Below, piece by piece: positions 40,380 to 52,415 of a stretch of DNA of 64,000 bases. The notes under the pieces were generated by a model. The model searched no databases, was not told the DNA's origin, and saw only the letters and a list, made by a program, of their open reading frames with translations. Made by a program: the position numbers and the translations under genes. This stretch comes from Squalus acanthias (Eukaryota), in assembly GCA_030390025.1 (NCBI GenBank), contig CM059453.1:7254001-7318000 (forward strand). The letters run 5' to 3'. Within the stretch, counting starts at the first letter, position 1, and each line of letters begins with the position of its first letter.

Positions 40380-42310
40380 ACTTAAGAATGCAAGAAATAA
40401 GAAATAGAAACAGGATTCGGCCATACGGCCCCGCGAGACTTTTCCGGCATTCAATAAGATCATGGCTGATCTTCGACCTCAACTTCACTTACCCGTCGGA
40501 CCTCCATATCACTTGATTCCCCGAGAGTCCAAAAATCTATCTATCTCAGCCATGAATATACTCAAAGACTCAGCATTCACAGCCCTCTGGGGCAGAGAAT
40601 TCCAAAGATTCACAACCCTCTGAGCGAATAATTTCCTCCTCATCTCGGTCTTAATGGCCTACCCCTTATACTGGGACTATGCCCCCTATTTCTAGACACT
40701 CCAGACAGGAGAAACAACCTGTCAGCGTCTAGACTATCAATCCCCTTCAGAATCTTGTATGTTTCAAAGAGATCACCTCTGATTCTTCTAAACTCCAGAT
40801 AATCTAGGCCCATTCTTCACAATCTCTCATCATAGGACAGCACTCTCATCCCAGGAATCAACCGAGTGAACCTTCTTTGCACCGCCTCCATGGCAAGTAA
40901 AATCTTCCTTAGATAAGGAGAACAAAACTGTGCAGAGTACTCCAGGTGTGGTCTCACCAAGGCACTGTACAATTTTAGCATGTCTTCGTTACTCTTATAT
41001 TCCAAACCCCTTTCAATAAAGGCCAACGTATCATTGCCTTTCTTATTGCTTGCTGTATCTGTATGCTAGCTTTCTGTGTTACTTGAACGAGGACAGCCAA
41101 TTATCTCTGAATACCAACATTTCAAAGTTTTACACTATTTAAAAAAAAATCTGTTTTGTTATTCATCCTACCAAAGTGAATAACCTCACATTTCCCTACA
41201 TTATTCTCCATCTGCCATCTTACAGACCACTCACTGGGACAGAAATTCGGGTCTCCACCGGTGAGCATGCGCTGTCTACTCAGCCGCAGACCCAACGAAA
41301 GTGCAGGTTTCACGCAAGTTCTGCGCATGCTTTGGAAACCGATCTTCCGTTCCCTCGAATGAAGGATTTTTGAGGTCAAAAGCGTGCGCCGGCGAGGCAA
41401 CGCGCACGCAGCGAACTTCCGTTTTTTAACAGGTTTTGAAGTGTGGCTCAGTCCCTGGCAGCTGCGTGGCGCAAGGCCTGCTTTTAACAAGGTAAGTGTT
41501 GCATTATGTAAAATATAAAAAAAATTTCCACAGGTTTATCTTTATTATATAATTTAAAGAAAGATACGTTTATTTTTAGCCCCGTTAAAAACTATAAATC
41601 ATTTTTCAAAAATTTCAATTTTTGTTTAAAATAGTTAATTTATGTAACTTATAGTTATTTTTAAAATTATACTTTTATTTTCTTAATTAATTTGAAGTTT
41701 TAGTTCGGTTTTGGGGGGTGATCTCTATTCATAGAGTTGACATGTCTTCCTGTCAAATGTATGAATGGTGATTCGCTGCTCCGATTGGCTCTCCATGGCC
41801 CACGTGATCCCAGGGGATGGTTCGAAATTTCCGCGCCCCTGGGAAAAGCAAGCACTGCACACCGGCAGCTGCAGGAGGCCCAGGATCGGAATTCCACGCG
41901 GGCCCACAGCACAACGGCAGGCTTGTTAGGTCAGTGAACGTCGGGGGCTTTCATCCACGGGAAGCCTCCGACCCGAATTTCTGGCCCTTTTAGTCTATCT
42001 ATATCCCTTAGCAGACTCTTTGTGTTCTCCTCACAGCTTACTGTCCCATCTAGCGTTGAATCATCCAAAAAAATGGCTACATTACACTCGGTCCCTTCAT
42101 CGAGATCATTAATATAGACTGCAAATAGCTGAGGCCCCAACACTGATCATTACGGCACCCCACTAGTTGCAGCCTGCCAAACTAAAAAAAGATCCGTTTA
42201 TAACTACTCTCTGTTTTCTGTCTTCTAACCAATCCTCTATCCATGCTACAATATTACCCCCAACCCCATGAGCACTAATCTTATGTAATAACCTTTTATA
42301 AGGCATCTTG
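40380..42310 (-). mobile_element. CR1 fragment interrupted by a MITE
   Basis: RT C-terminal pieces (LVRPHLEY, GPQLFAVYINDL) are continuous across 41236-41987. Paralog at 452-790. Confidence 0.8.
41236..41987. mobile_element. Non-autonomous TIR element (MITE, PIF/Harbinger-like termini)
   Basis: Terminal inverted repeats gggacagaaattcgggtc / gacccgaatttctggccc. Partial paralog at 1-450. Confidence 0.7.
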
Positions 42311-43668
42311 TGTCTTTTACTTCTCCCGATTAGCACTGACCAGATCCGCAAGCCAATTATTTTCAATTTCCACCAGCCAACGTTTCAAAAGGGAACATTT
42401 TACTTTATCAATGATAGGTGTTAATGATACGGTGCTGATTGCTCTAGGTGCAAGTTGCTTGTGATAAATAACGGTCAGTGGGAGGTTTATTAATGATTTC
42501 AACCTGGGAAAATCGCAGATGCAAGTGTTTCAATATGTCAACGCAGTCCTTTCTATTATTAGGTAGACCACTTCAACACATTGGAGTTAGAAATTAGGAA
42601 TACATCAATATTCCTCATCAATCTTTTTGCGATCATTGATTAGTTGATATTATTAAGCATGGAATTGCCTTCTTTAAATATATCATGGCACATGAAGGGT
42701 TAAAAGTTAGCACCACTCACAAGAGTGTCCTGGCTCATGCTGTTGCGCTTGTGTCGAAACATTGGCAGTTGAATGGCGACGTCATAGATTTCAATTATAA
42801 AAATACTGTCCGATTGGTTGAAGGATAAATTTGATTGGCAGCAGATTGAAAACCTAACTGGGTGTTATTTGAATTCAGTTGGAGCCGGTCACAATTCTGA
42901 AGGTAACTGTCAGCCTGTATATTAAAACCAGCGAGTCTGTCTAGAGCTTTCAAAGAGAGCAAGTCAGCCAAATAGCTGAAAACACTGGTAAATATAAAAT
43001 AACAAGCAAAACAAAAATAACTGCTAATATCATACTTTAGCACATCAGTCACACCCAATTTTGAAATATAAAGTTGTATTCCTTGAGTCAAACAAACTTA
43101 AAAACTACTGTAAAAATATGTGCCACTTTACTTTTACTATTTGCTTGTTGTTTTACTGTTTGCTGGACTAGCTTGATTGATACAACTTCAGTGTCAATCT
43201 GGTGTAGTGTTATGCTGAGAGTCAGTCATGACAAGGAGGCTCGTGTGAGGCTGTCCATAAAAGCAGCAACAGAAATAAACTGAAAAGGATTGTATGCCCA
43301 TTCTTTGAGCATGCTGAAAAGTTTATCCAGATTGCGCGGGAATTGTAAACACACGCTGGCACAAAGAGTGCCAGCGATTAGAAGTCAAAAAATGTCCACT
43401 TTAAACAGAAGGAAACAGACCCCAAGAACGTAATAGGAAGAATGTACAGACAGTCTGATTCAAGCAGCCACTAATATTACTCTGTATTTGATGGTTGGAG
43501 ATGCGAGCGACTGGTCAGGGATGATTGACCTTCCTACTTTACGCACCAGTTTAGGCTGATGCACACTGTACTCACGGGAGTTTAATTTAAAGTAGATTTT
43601 GATACACGGACGTTCTGATGCAGGTTTCCTTTGAAACTTAATTCCATATAATTAATAATCACACCTAC

Positions 43669-43762
43669 CTTTTTATCTTCAGCGTGAGAACGACTGCAAT
43701 TAGAATAACAAGCCCAATGGTTACTCCTCCTCTTATGAGGACGATTGTCCTGGAGAATATTC
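43669..43762 (-). CDS. Siglec-like gene A2, transmembrane exon (GIFSRTIVLIRGGVTIGLVILIAVVLTLKIK)
   Basis: 94 nt, ends in phase 2. Arg codon AGA at 43733-43731 lies within the hydrophobic segment. Confidence 0.85.
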
Positions 43763-44571
43763 CTAAAATGTTGAATAACATTGCTCTATATTAGGAATTT
43801 GGGTTAAAACAACAATCTTGGAAGCACATTTACGAGTGTGAGGAAGCAAGTTTACTTTATGTTCGGATCACAAACATAATGATAAATTAGGAACTCCACT
43901 TTTCTCAACCTGATGATCCATTTATTCCTGTGCTGCGGCCTGGCGTAAATTTGAATTAATAAACTGAGATTGACTGATGTAAATATCTCAATTGACAAAT
44001 TAAGTCCACTGCACAACCCACTCGAGGAAAATCAGTGGGCTTAATGTGATCGGCATACAGGCCCGCGAAGGTCACCAGTTACAGCGGTAAGATTCATAAT
44101 CTATAGCGATAATTCAATTTCGCTTCGGTTATTGAATATCTGCTCTACATACCCAAATGAGACTGAATAAAATAGACATGAGCATGTAGCTAAAAAAGGG
44201 TAGATTGCAGTTTGTTATCATGTATTGAGATAATTTCGGATTTTCTAAAGTATTTATCTTAATTCAGAAGAATTTGTTTTCCAAGATCACTGGCTACTTC
44301 TGGAGCTCAAATAATTTCAACTTATCTTGAAAATATAAATCGAACAAGTTTCAGAAGAATGAAAGTTAAAATGGATAATGCCGACCGCACCTTTCAGTTG
44401 GTGATTGACCACTGATGAAAGTAGGTCCTCACACTAATTCGAGAGAGATCCAGTATGGACCCCATGAATGGAGTTGATATTTGCTGACACTAATCACCGT
44501 TCAGTTCGTGACTGACCAGTGATGTACCAACTCCCTTATAGTATTGCATTACAGAAAGATTAAACACGTAC

Positions 44572-44859
44572 CCTTATAGTGGAGCTGGTATTTACTGACA
44601 GAATCACCATGCTCGTTTGCTGCAACACATGAGATCAGGTTTCCGGTTCCGGGTGGGTGAGTCAGTCTCAGGGAGCTCTCCATGAGGTGACTGTTCCCCG
44701 CCCAGTAGATGATTTCCACATCTGACCTGTTCCCAGTGAGGATTCTCCCATTGAGTCCCCACGTGATGTTTCCCGGGGGATTTGCTCTGATCCGGCAGCT
44801 ACAGTTCGTCCAATTCTCAGAGCTGGTGCATGTCGGGCCTGATAAAATTGTGGGTTTAT
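44572..44859 (-). CDS. Siglec-like gene A2, Ig exon 4
   Basis: 288 nt, phase 1-1, open. Paralog of 3078-3365. Confidence 0.88.
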
Positions 44860-45786
44860 CTAAAAAAAATGGAAACTTCAATAGGAAATGATCATGTAAA
44901 CAGTTGTAGTGTCGAAGTACAATTAAGTAATGACTTAAACTAACCATAATACTTCTGGTTGTTATATTTCAAGATGAAGCAGCCTACGTTACACCAGTTC
45001 ATGGCTTATTATTGTTTGACTTATAATAGGTGAACTCGTTAGGAACAATTTCACGTTAAATTCAATGATTATTCAGTACATCAATACCTCTCCTGACAGA
45101 TGTTATGAGGGACCCTCAGACGGAGCTAGCTCAGAGTTTTGATTATGTATAATATACCCACAAACATGTCTCACCCGTCACTGTTTAAAAAGATCAATTT
45201 ATTTCAATGTCTTCACTTTGTTTACTATTTTAAACATCTTCATTTTTGGTGTACTGACGTGATTCTTCAATACACGCCCCGCAAACAAGGCGACATTTAA
45301 AATAACCAAATCTCGAGAATATTACACTGTTCACTCAACATTAATACAAGTAACAGGAGTTGCCTTAACACCATTTCATCACACTTTTTTGGAAAGAATT
45401 TGTACTCATTAAATTGCTGCAAGTCAGTTCTAAGGATTGGAAAATTGTTTATTTCAGATGATGAGTATAATTTATGAACAATTAGTTTTGGACTAAATGT
45501 CCCAGTAAATGTGCTTGTGTCGCAACCTCATAAATGTAAGGCCTGCTGCATTTATGAGACATTGTGCCATATTCCACTCCTGTCATACTGAGCGAGATGC
45601 CAGGTTAGTTTCCATTATTGGAGCCATCCAGGTAGTTTGCGGCTATTTCCGCGGGAAGGGGTGAAACTATCACAAACTCATGCACATGGGCGCCTTCCAG
45701 CAAGCAGGCAAGAAAACATTGGAATTTAATCCAGAGTTCGTGTAGTGAAAGGCTGCTGTCTAATTGATAAATTAATACTTACTTAC

Positions 45787-46044
45787 ATTGTACTGAAATC
45801 TGTGTGGAGCGGTTTGTGGTGCCCAGGGCATTTTCAGCTATGCACCAATATTCACCGTCATCCTCAGAACTAATGTTGTGGAATATCTGCTTTAGTTCAC
45901 CAGTGGAAGATATGCTGATCTCTTCACCATTTTTCACCCATCTTAAACTGACCAGGGGCTTCCCGCAGGCCGTGCAGTATAATTGTAATGAACTTCCTTC
46001 AACAGCTACTATAGAGGAGTTGACGGTTGGGATTTCCAGTCCAT
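45787..46044 (-). CDS. Siglec-like gene A2, Ig exon 3
   Basis: 258 nt, phase 1-1, open. Paralog of 4290-4547. Confidence 0.9.
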
Positions 46045-46631
46045 CTGAAACAGGCGTTAATGCAAAACGTGATTGTCGAATAAGCATAATTGAGTTCCTA
46101 ATTAATTCATTATATTGGGTATGGGGATTGGGCGGGAAATTGGAGTTCAGATCGATGATCAGCCATGTTTGCCGGAGTGGCGGGGCAGGCTCCAATGGGC
46201 CGTATGGCCTACTCCTGTTCCTAATTTTTAATTTATTTTTAAGCCCAACCAGAGCTGAGATCTGGTGTTCGAGCTTCAGATCTTAACTCGGCATGGCCTT
46301 TGTTGCTTCCATTTATGACTGACTTAACTCAGAACCTGACTGGAAGTTCATAGAATAACGATTAACAATCACGTTAAAATATCTGTTGGAGGCACCATCA
46401 TTGATTCATGGATATGAATGTTTCTAATGTAATCTGACTGCTGAGAATTAGATGAGAGTCATTCCGAACCTTTGATTATCGAAGTGAGCTCTCCTGGTAC
46501 AGAGGCTGAGCTTTTCATGATTCATCCTTTGATGCAGTTCTAATCCCAAATAAATTACTTCTGGTAAAAGTGCAAATTTGGAGCCGGTTGGCCGACAGGA
46601 TAAATCTGTTTACTTTAGACTGGACACTTAC

Positions 46632-46943
46632 CTTCAATCTCCAAGGTAAGATTTTGTGCTGAAGGAGTTGGGATACCATCAATTAGAATTGTGCATCCCA
46701 GAATTTTCCCGTCATGAGCAGATGATGGTGTGAAGATGATGACGGATGAAACTGTCCAAGAACCTGAAATTTCATTGTTAATTTCTGCTCCATCTTGAGT
46801 ATCCATTGGGGAAGGAAGGCACACATTGTAATTAATCCACTTCAGTTTCAGGTTGCCATCCGGGCAGTTGTGGGTGACGGAACAGGTCAATCCTGCAGTT
46901 TGTCCAGCGATCAATTCCCCATAACCTGAAATATCTGGCTTTT
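46632..46943 (-). CDS. Siglec-like gene A2, C2-set Ig exon 2
   Basis: 312 nt, phase 1-1, open. Paralog of 5134-5445. Confidence 0.9.
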
Positions 46944-49131
46944 CTATAAAAACGGGAGAAAAACAGCTTGTTTAGTACATTTCAAGGTTAAAACGGGCGA
47001 ACGATGGCTTACAATTAAATCTGAGAAAGAAATAGCAAGAAAATCACATTTGTTAATTTTTCTCTTCCACGTGTTGCAAGTTTGTTCACCTTTCTGAATT
47101 AGTCCTCGCAGTTATAAAGCAGTTTTATTCCTCATCGGGTAACATATGGCACCACTTAATTAACCATTAGTCTTTATATCTCCAAATTATTAGTATCATG
47201 GATATTGTCCAGAGAACAAATTTTGCACGCTGGACTTAGAATTAACGTTAACTACTCAATGTCACGAATATTTCATCCTCTCGTATACCTCGTTCTGCAC
47301 CAGCAATTGCCTATGTGATGGTGATTAATGCAGACCCAGAGAGAGCTCGATTCTGTTGTTAAGAAACGTCAATATAGAACGACAATGCTCAAGACATGGA
47401 CACACCAGACAAAGGACGGGTAACACCACCTTGTGTGGGAAAAGCAGAGCAGGTTCCTCGCGTGTAAATCTGAAGAAGGCTTCAGCAGAAATATTATTTG
47501 TAGCCGTGGGATTTGAATGAACAAATAAATTATACCTTGAACTGATTTTCACGTTAATGAAATATCTCAATTTTAATTAAGTTCTAATTAAAATCGGGGT
47601 AAATGAGCGCTGGATAGGGAAAGGCACGAACAAAGACTGCATTTATTCAACGCTTTTTGAGTACTCGCGACGTCAAAAGACGCTTCACCAAAAAGTAACA
47701 CGAAATGTAATCAAGCAGCCATTGCCGACGGTAAATACAGGAGATTATTGGAGAAGATATTAAGAGGTTTGAAATTAAGGATTCGGTAGAAATAGCAATA
47801 TAAACTGTTTAAAAGTGACGATGCAGCGAATCGCTGTTAAGCGCAGTTGTTCAGAATAGTTGGATCCCAGTACGGTGTCCCACAGGGTTGTCCTGTGGGA
47901 TTGCTTCTATTCACTGGGTGCATCAATAATTTGGATAAAGCGCTAAAGAGAATGATGTCAACATTTCCCGGCAGGAATTTATTGGTTCCAACAAAAGGAA
48001 AAATGAGTGAGGTGTATAATGAGAGGCGCGTCCAATATCGCCAGTTTGACACCCATGCCAACGTTGCAAGTACAACTCCCAGTTGATAACTAGAGAACTA
48101 AAGCGAGTTACAAACGGGTACTGGAGATATAGTAGAATGGGGAGATAAGAGGCAGATATTATTAAAGGTCAGAAAATATGAGGCAATAGATTTACATTTG
48201 AACCGTAGGAAGCTGGGAGATGTGGAAGAGCAGAGGAATTTGGGGTCAGGTTCATGAGACAGTAAAAGCAGCAGCTCCTGTGGGAAAGCGTAGGATGATG
48301 TTTCTGGAGCTCTGGGTTTAATGGCAAGAGATCAATAATATAAATTCGAGAATAGTGGAGATTCTAACGAGAGCAGTATTTAGTTCACAGTTGGAGTAAG
48401 AATGCGGGTATGGGGCTCCAGTCCAAAGGAAGGATTTATGGCGGATTCGCATAGTTTCTGGCTGGTATGAGGAATTTTAAATAACAAGAAATTATTAAAA
48501 ATTGGGGCAGGTCTAATTAGTTTAAAACTGATTTTGTGATGATTTGACAGAAGTGCTTAAACTTATTAAGCAACGGGAAAGAGGAGATATAATCAGACTG
48601 AAGTAGAATTTGAACTGGCCGCACTGGTCAAATCTCTCACTCCAGATAAGTCAGCCATTCTAGCAACCTCCCTAGTTTCATTACATTTCATTTCATTGGA
48701 AATAATGAGCTGCTGGTTGATGTATTGTTAGTACGACCTACAACGTCAGTTTTACTTTCAGTCAACAAGTCCTAATCTATCCTCATATGGACATTTCTCA
48801 ATAGGCTCGACAAGTGTTTGAAGGGAATTGCAATAAAGGGATATGGGAACTGAGCAGGCACATGTGATTCGGAGTATTGCTCATGTGAAGGATAAACAGC
48901 AACACGGACTGGCTGGGCCGAACGCTCTGTTTTACTGTTGTAATTTCTATATCCCTCTGTGTTTAGGATCTCAAACATCTGCGTCCCTTATCAGTACCCC
49001 TGCACCCTGTGTTTCAACTACCCATTGAGATCAGTCAGGGACATTATAATGTTTGCCCACTTTGCAATAAGGTTGAATCCAACTGAAGCACTGGAGTGAA
49101 AATGTACAAAAGGAAGACTTGGTATACTCAC

Positions 49132-49512
49132 CTAAAACAGAAAGAAATACGTCAGTACGCAGAGTCCGACGTATATTAGTAGACCCGGCCGAAGCGATAT
49201 CGATGCTGAATTCGTATGTACCCTCATCACTCTTCCTGATATTCATTAGCAGGAGGGAACATTGTTTCTTTGCAATGTTGCCCGTGAACTCAGCTCTTCC
49301 ACCATAGTCATAATGCTGCACGTATGGATATTTAGAATCATATATAATGGAGAAGCTGGGGTTACCAGAACCAGGTCCCCTCTTTAACCACGTCACACCT
49401 GCGATTCCCCGATAGTCTGGACAATCAAACGTACACCGGATCTCTGCACATGAACCGGCCACCGCCGACACAACATTTGGCATCAGCAGAGCGAATTTAG
49501 CACTAAAAACAA
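49132..49512 (-). CDS. Siglec-like gene A2, V-set Ig exon
   Basis: 381 nt, phase 1-1, open. GSCAEIRCTF...KQCSL...DEGTYEFSIDI. Confidence 0.9.
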
Positions 49513-50150
49513 CTGAGAAAAATAAATTAGACTCCCTTTAATTAGCCATTCAAAATGCATTTCAGCATCTTTCTCATCCATTAAAGTATTTGTTAATCGA
49601 TAAATAATCGCCCATCACAATAGCAATTAAAATATCAGTGAAGTTCTTTTCAAAATCCAGAAAAAAATACTAAATAAAATCCAATCACAACACCTATTGA
49701 AATGGCCATAGGAATACCTATTTGATAGGAGATTTATGAACCGGTAATATACATATTTAATACTCATCTAAAAAACGAATACATATCCACTAACAAGTAA
49801 GCGAACGCCCAATAAAAATTATCATCAAATATACATTAAAATATTGATCGAAATAAATATTAAACATCTATTGAATCTCCTTGGAATCACTCAATCAATA
49901 TGAAGTAAATGATATTAAATGTGCATTATAATAAAAATAACTTGAAAATCACATTATTTAAATATTATTTGAGTAGGCTACAAACGCTATAAAACAACAA
50001 TAACGCACAAGTTAAACAATCATGAAATTCCTATTTCACAAGTTCTGAAATCAATAACAAAAAAATCATTCATAATCGTTATTTTTCTGTTCCTTTCCCA
50101 CAAGATAGAAATCACTTGCTGAAATTGTGAAAAAAAAAGCAGAAATGTAC

Positions 50151-50193
50151 CTTCTGTCAACATTATGAGAGGCAGCAGCACGGAACTCCTCAT
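50151..50193 (-). CDS. Siglec-like gene A2, signal-peptide exon (MRSSVLLPLIMLTE)
   Basis: ATG at 50193, 43 nt, phase-1 donor. Confidence 0.8.
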
Positions 50194-51065
50194 GGCTGGA
50201 AACTGCTGCCGATTTCACTCGCAAAATGAAGAACCCAGTTCACAATAAACACCATTCAGATTTCAGCATTCTTCTTTCCAGTCACATCTTGGATTTCTTT
50301 GCGAATCAGGATCAGACTATCGGGGAAGTCCGATTCGGTTCCTACCTATCTGCAGGAACAGTGCTCACTCAATCAGCTCCGTTGATGAGGTAGGCAGCTA
50401 GCACATATTGTACATTGGCTATGTGTGACCGCCTGTTACAGAATATGATGTTATGGTATGTTTAACCGTTGCTAAAGAATACTTAATATAGAAACAACAT
50501 CTCTCTCTCTCTCGAACAAACACACACAAACACCAACTGTACTGTTATTTATGATATTGATATATTTTCGTCTGTGTCAGAATGGCTCCGCCCACGCTTG
50601 CAGACGCCTCTGAATCACATTTCACACATATTCCGCTTTCTGGCAGCTAATACGAGATGAATGTTGGAGAGGTGTCACTACAGTTAGTTAGCTTGCTGCA
50701 GTCTGTAGACGTGCGGTTTCGTCACCTTCGTTAATGAGCTCTCCAATATGCATCTGTGACATCTTAGATAGGAGCTGTTTGACAGTAAACCGTTTGACGC
50801 TGTGGTAAACAGCCTTTCTCCTAATAATTTAACTCTGTACATTCACACTCAAGCTCAGTAATTTTGCAGAACTTAACAAAAATGCCACCCTATTTGCTGC
50901 AGTGCTTTTATTGAAATTTAGTTATGAGGTCTGGGACGTGTGAAATGGAGTGAAGGTTCCTGTCGTAAATACAAATATTGCTGTAACAGACACAGATAAA
51001 ATTGATTGAAGCAATAGCACCGGACAAACAGATCAGTGTGGTCAATGTCGGGAGATGTATTAATT

Positions 51066-51330
51066 CTTATTGGCCACCCGTTGCAGACGGGATGTCGGAG
51101 GACCTCCTCGTGGGTCTGCTCCTGGGCCTGGCCAAGGTGGCCATTCACAGGTCCAGGCAGCACCTGGTCCAGGGGACCATTTGGTCCGACTGCCTGCCTC
51201 CCATCCGCGGCTATATCCACATTCGGGTGTCAATGAAGTTGGAGCATGCTTTGAATGCCGGTATGCTTGAGGCCTTCCGCGAACGGTGGACACCGAGGTG
51301 ACGAGAGTGCATTGTCGACACGGCCAACAA
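51066..51330 (+). mobile_element. Tx1/L1-like LINE ORF2 3' fragment (shorter paralog at 9551-9735)
   Basis: EDLLVGLLLGLAKVAIHRSRQ..LEAFRERW resembles the C-terminus of Tx1-type ORF2. Confidence 0.6.
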
Positions 51331-51994
51331 TTGTTTAATTTCACAAAGTTACTCCTTATATTTAATGACAACTTGGACCTTTTTGAGTGGGCGTAAAAAT
51401 GGGGCAAATGCGTTAATTTTTATTAAATTAGTGTCACGTCATCCTCACTGGCCAATCAGAGAAGAGTAACAAAGGCTCATTTCACAAGAGTACCACCCCG
51501 CTTTCTGATGCTGCAGAAATTCCCCCTGTTCCAGTCAGGCATCGATTCTGCTCAAATTACGATGATTCATTGGAGAGTTTACATTGGGGGATTATGCTAA
51601 TGAGTGTGAGTGGAAACTTGAACGTAACTTCATTTTGTCAAAAGTGACACAATTTCCAGCGTATTCTAGGTGCAGTTTGCAAATAAGCCACCAGCGGAAA
51701 ATCCCTGCCACCTTTACTAAACTAGGTAGAACTAGGCACCAAGAGAATGGGAGAGGAAGAGAGCGAGAGGGAGACAGTAAAGATATGTGAACAGGAAGGG
51801 ATAAGATAAACATTGAGAAAGTAACGCTAATAAGAAATTAACTTTTGAAGAACAAGCATGTCCTTAATGGCCTTGAAGCAGTGAAGAAGGGAAATGTAAG
51901 AATAAATGAGAGAACTCATGCAGTTTGATTGGGACAAAATATGGCTTTAAATATCTGCAGAGTGCAAGAGGAAGGATAGATGGGAGAGGAAGTA

Positions 51995-52415
51995 GAGTGG
52001 ATTGGGCCTATACTCACTGGAGTTTAGAAGAATGAGAGGTGATCTCATTGAAACATATAAGATTCTGAAGGGGATTGAAAGGGTAGATGCTGAGTGGTTG
52101 TTTAACCGGGGTGCAGAGTTTAGAACTAGGGGGCATAGTCTCAGGATATTTATGGCTGAGAAGACGAGGACTTTCTTAACTCAGAGGGTTATGAATCTTT
52201 GGAATTCTCTATCCCAAAGCGCCGTCGATACTGAATTGTTGCGTATATTCAAGGCTGAGATAGATTTTTGGCTATCAAGGGACTCAACGTGTATAGAGAT
52301 TGGGAGTGAAAGTGAAGTTGAGGTCGAAGATCAGCCACGATCTTATTCAATGGTGGAACTGGCTCGAGGGCGTTTATGACCCACTCCTGCTCCTAGTACC
52401 TATGACCTTATGAAC
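51995..52415 (+). mobile_element. CR1 3' fragment
   Basis: GLYSLEFRRMRGDLIETYKIL..WNSL followed by the 3' stem and tail. Confidence 0.85.
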
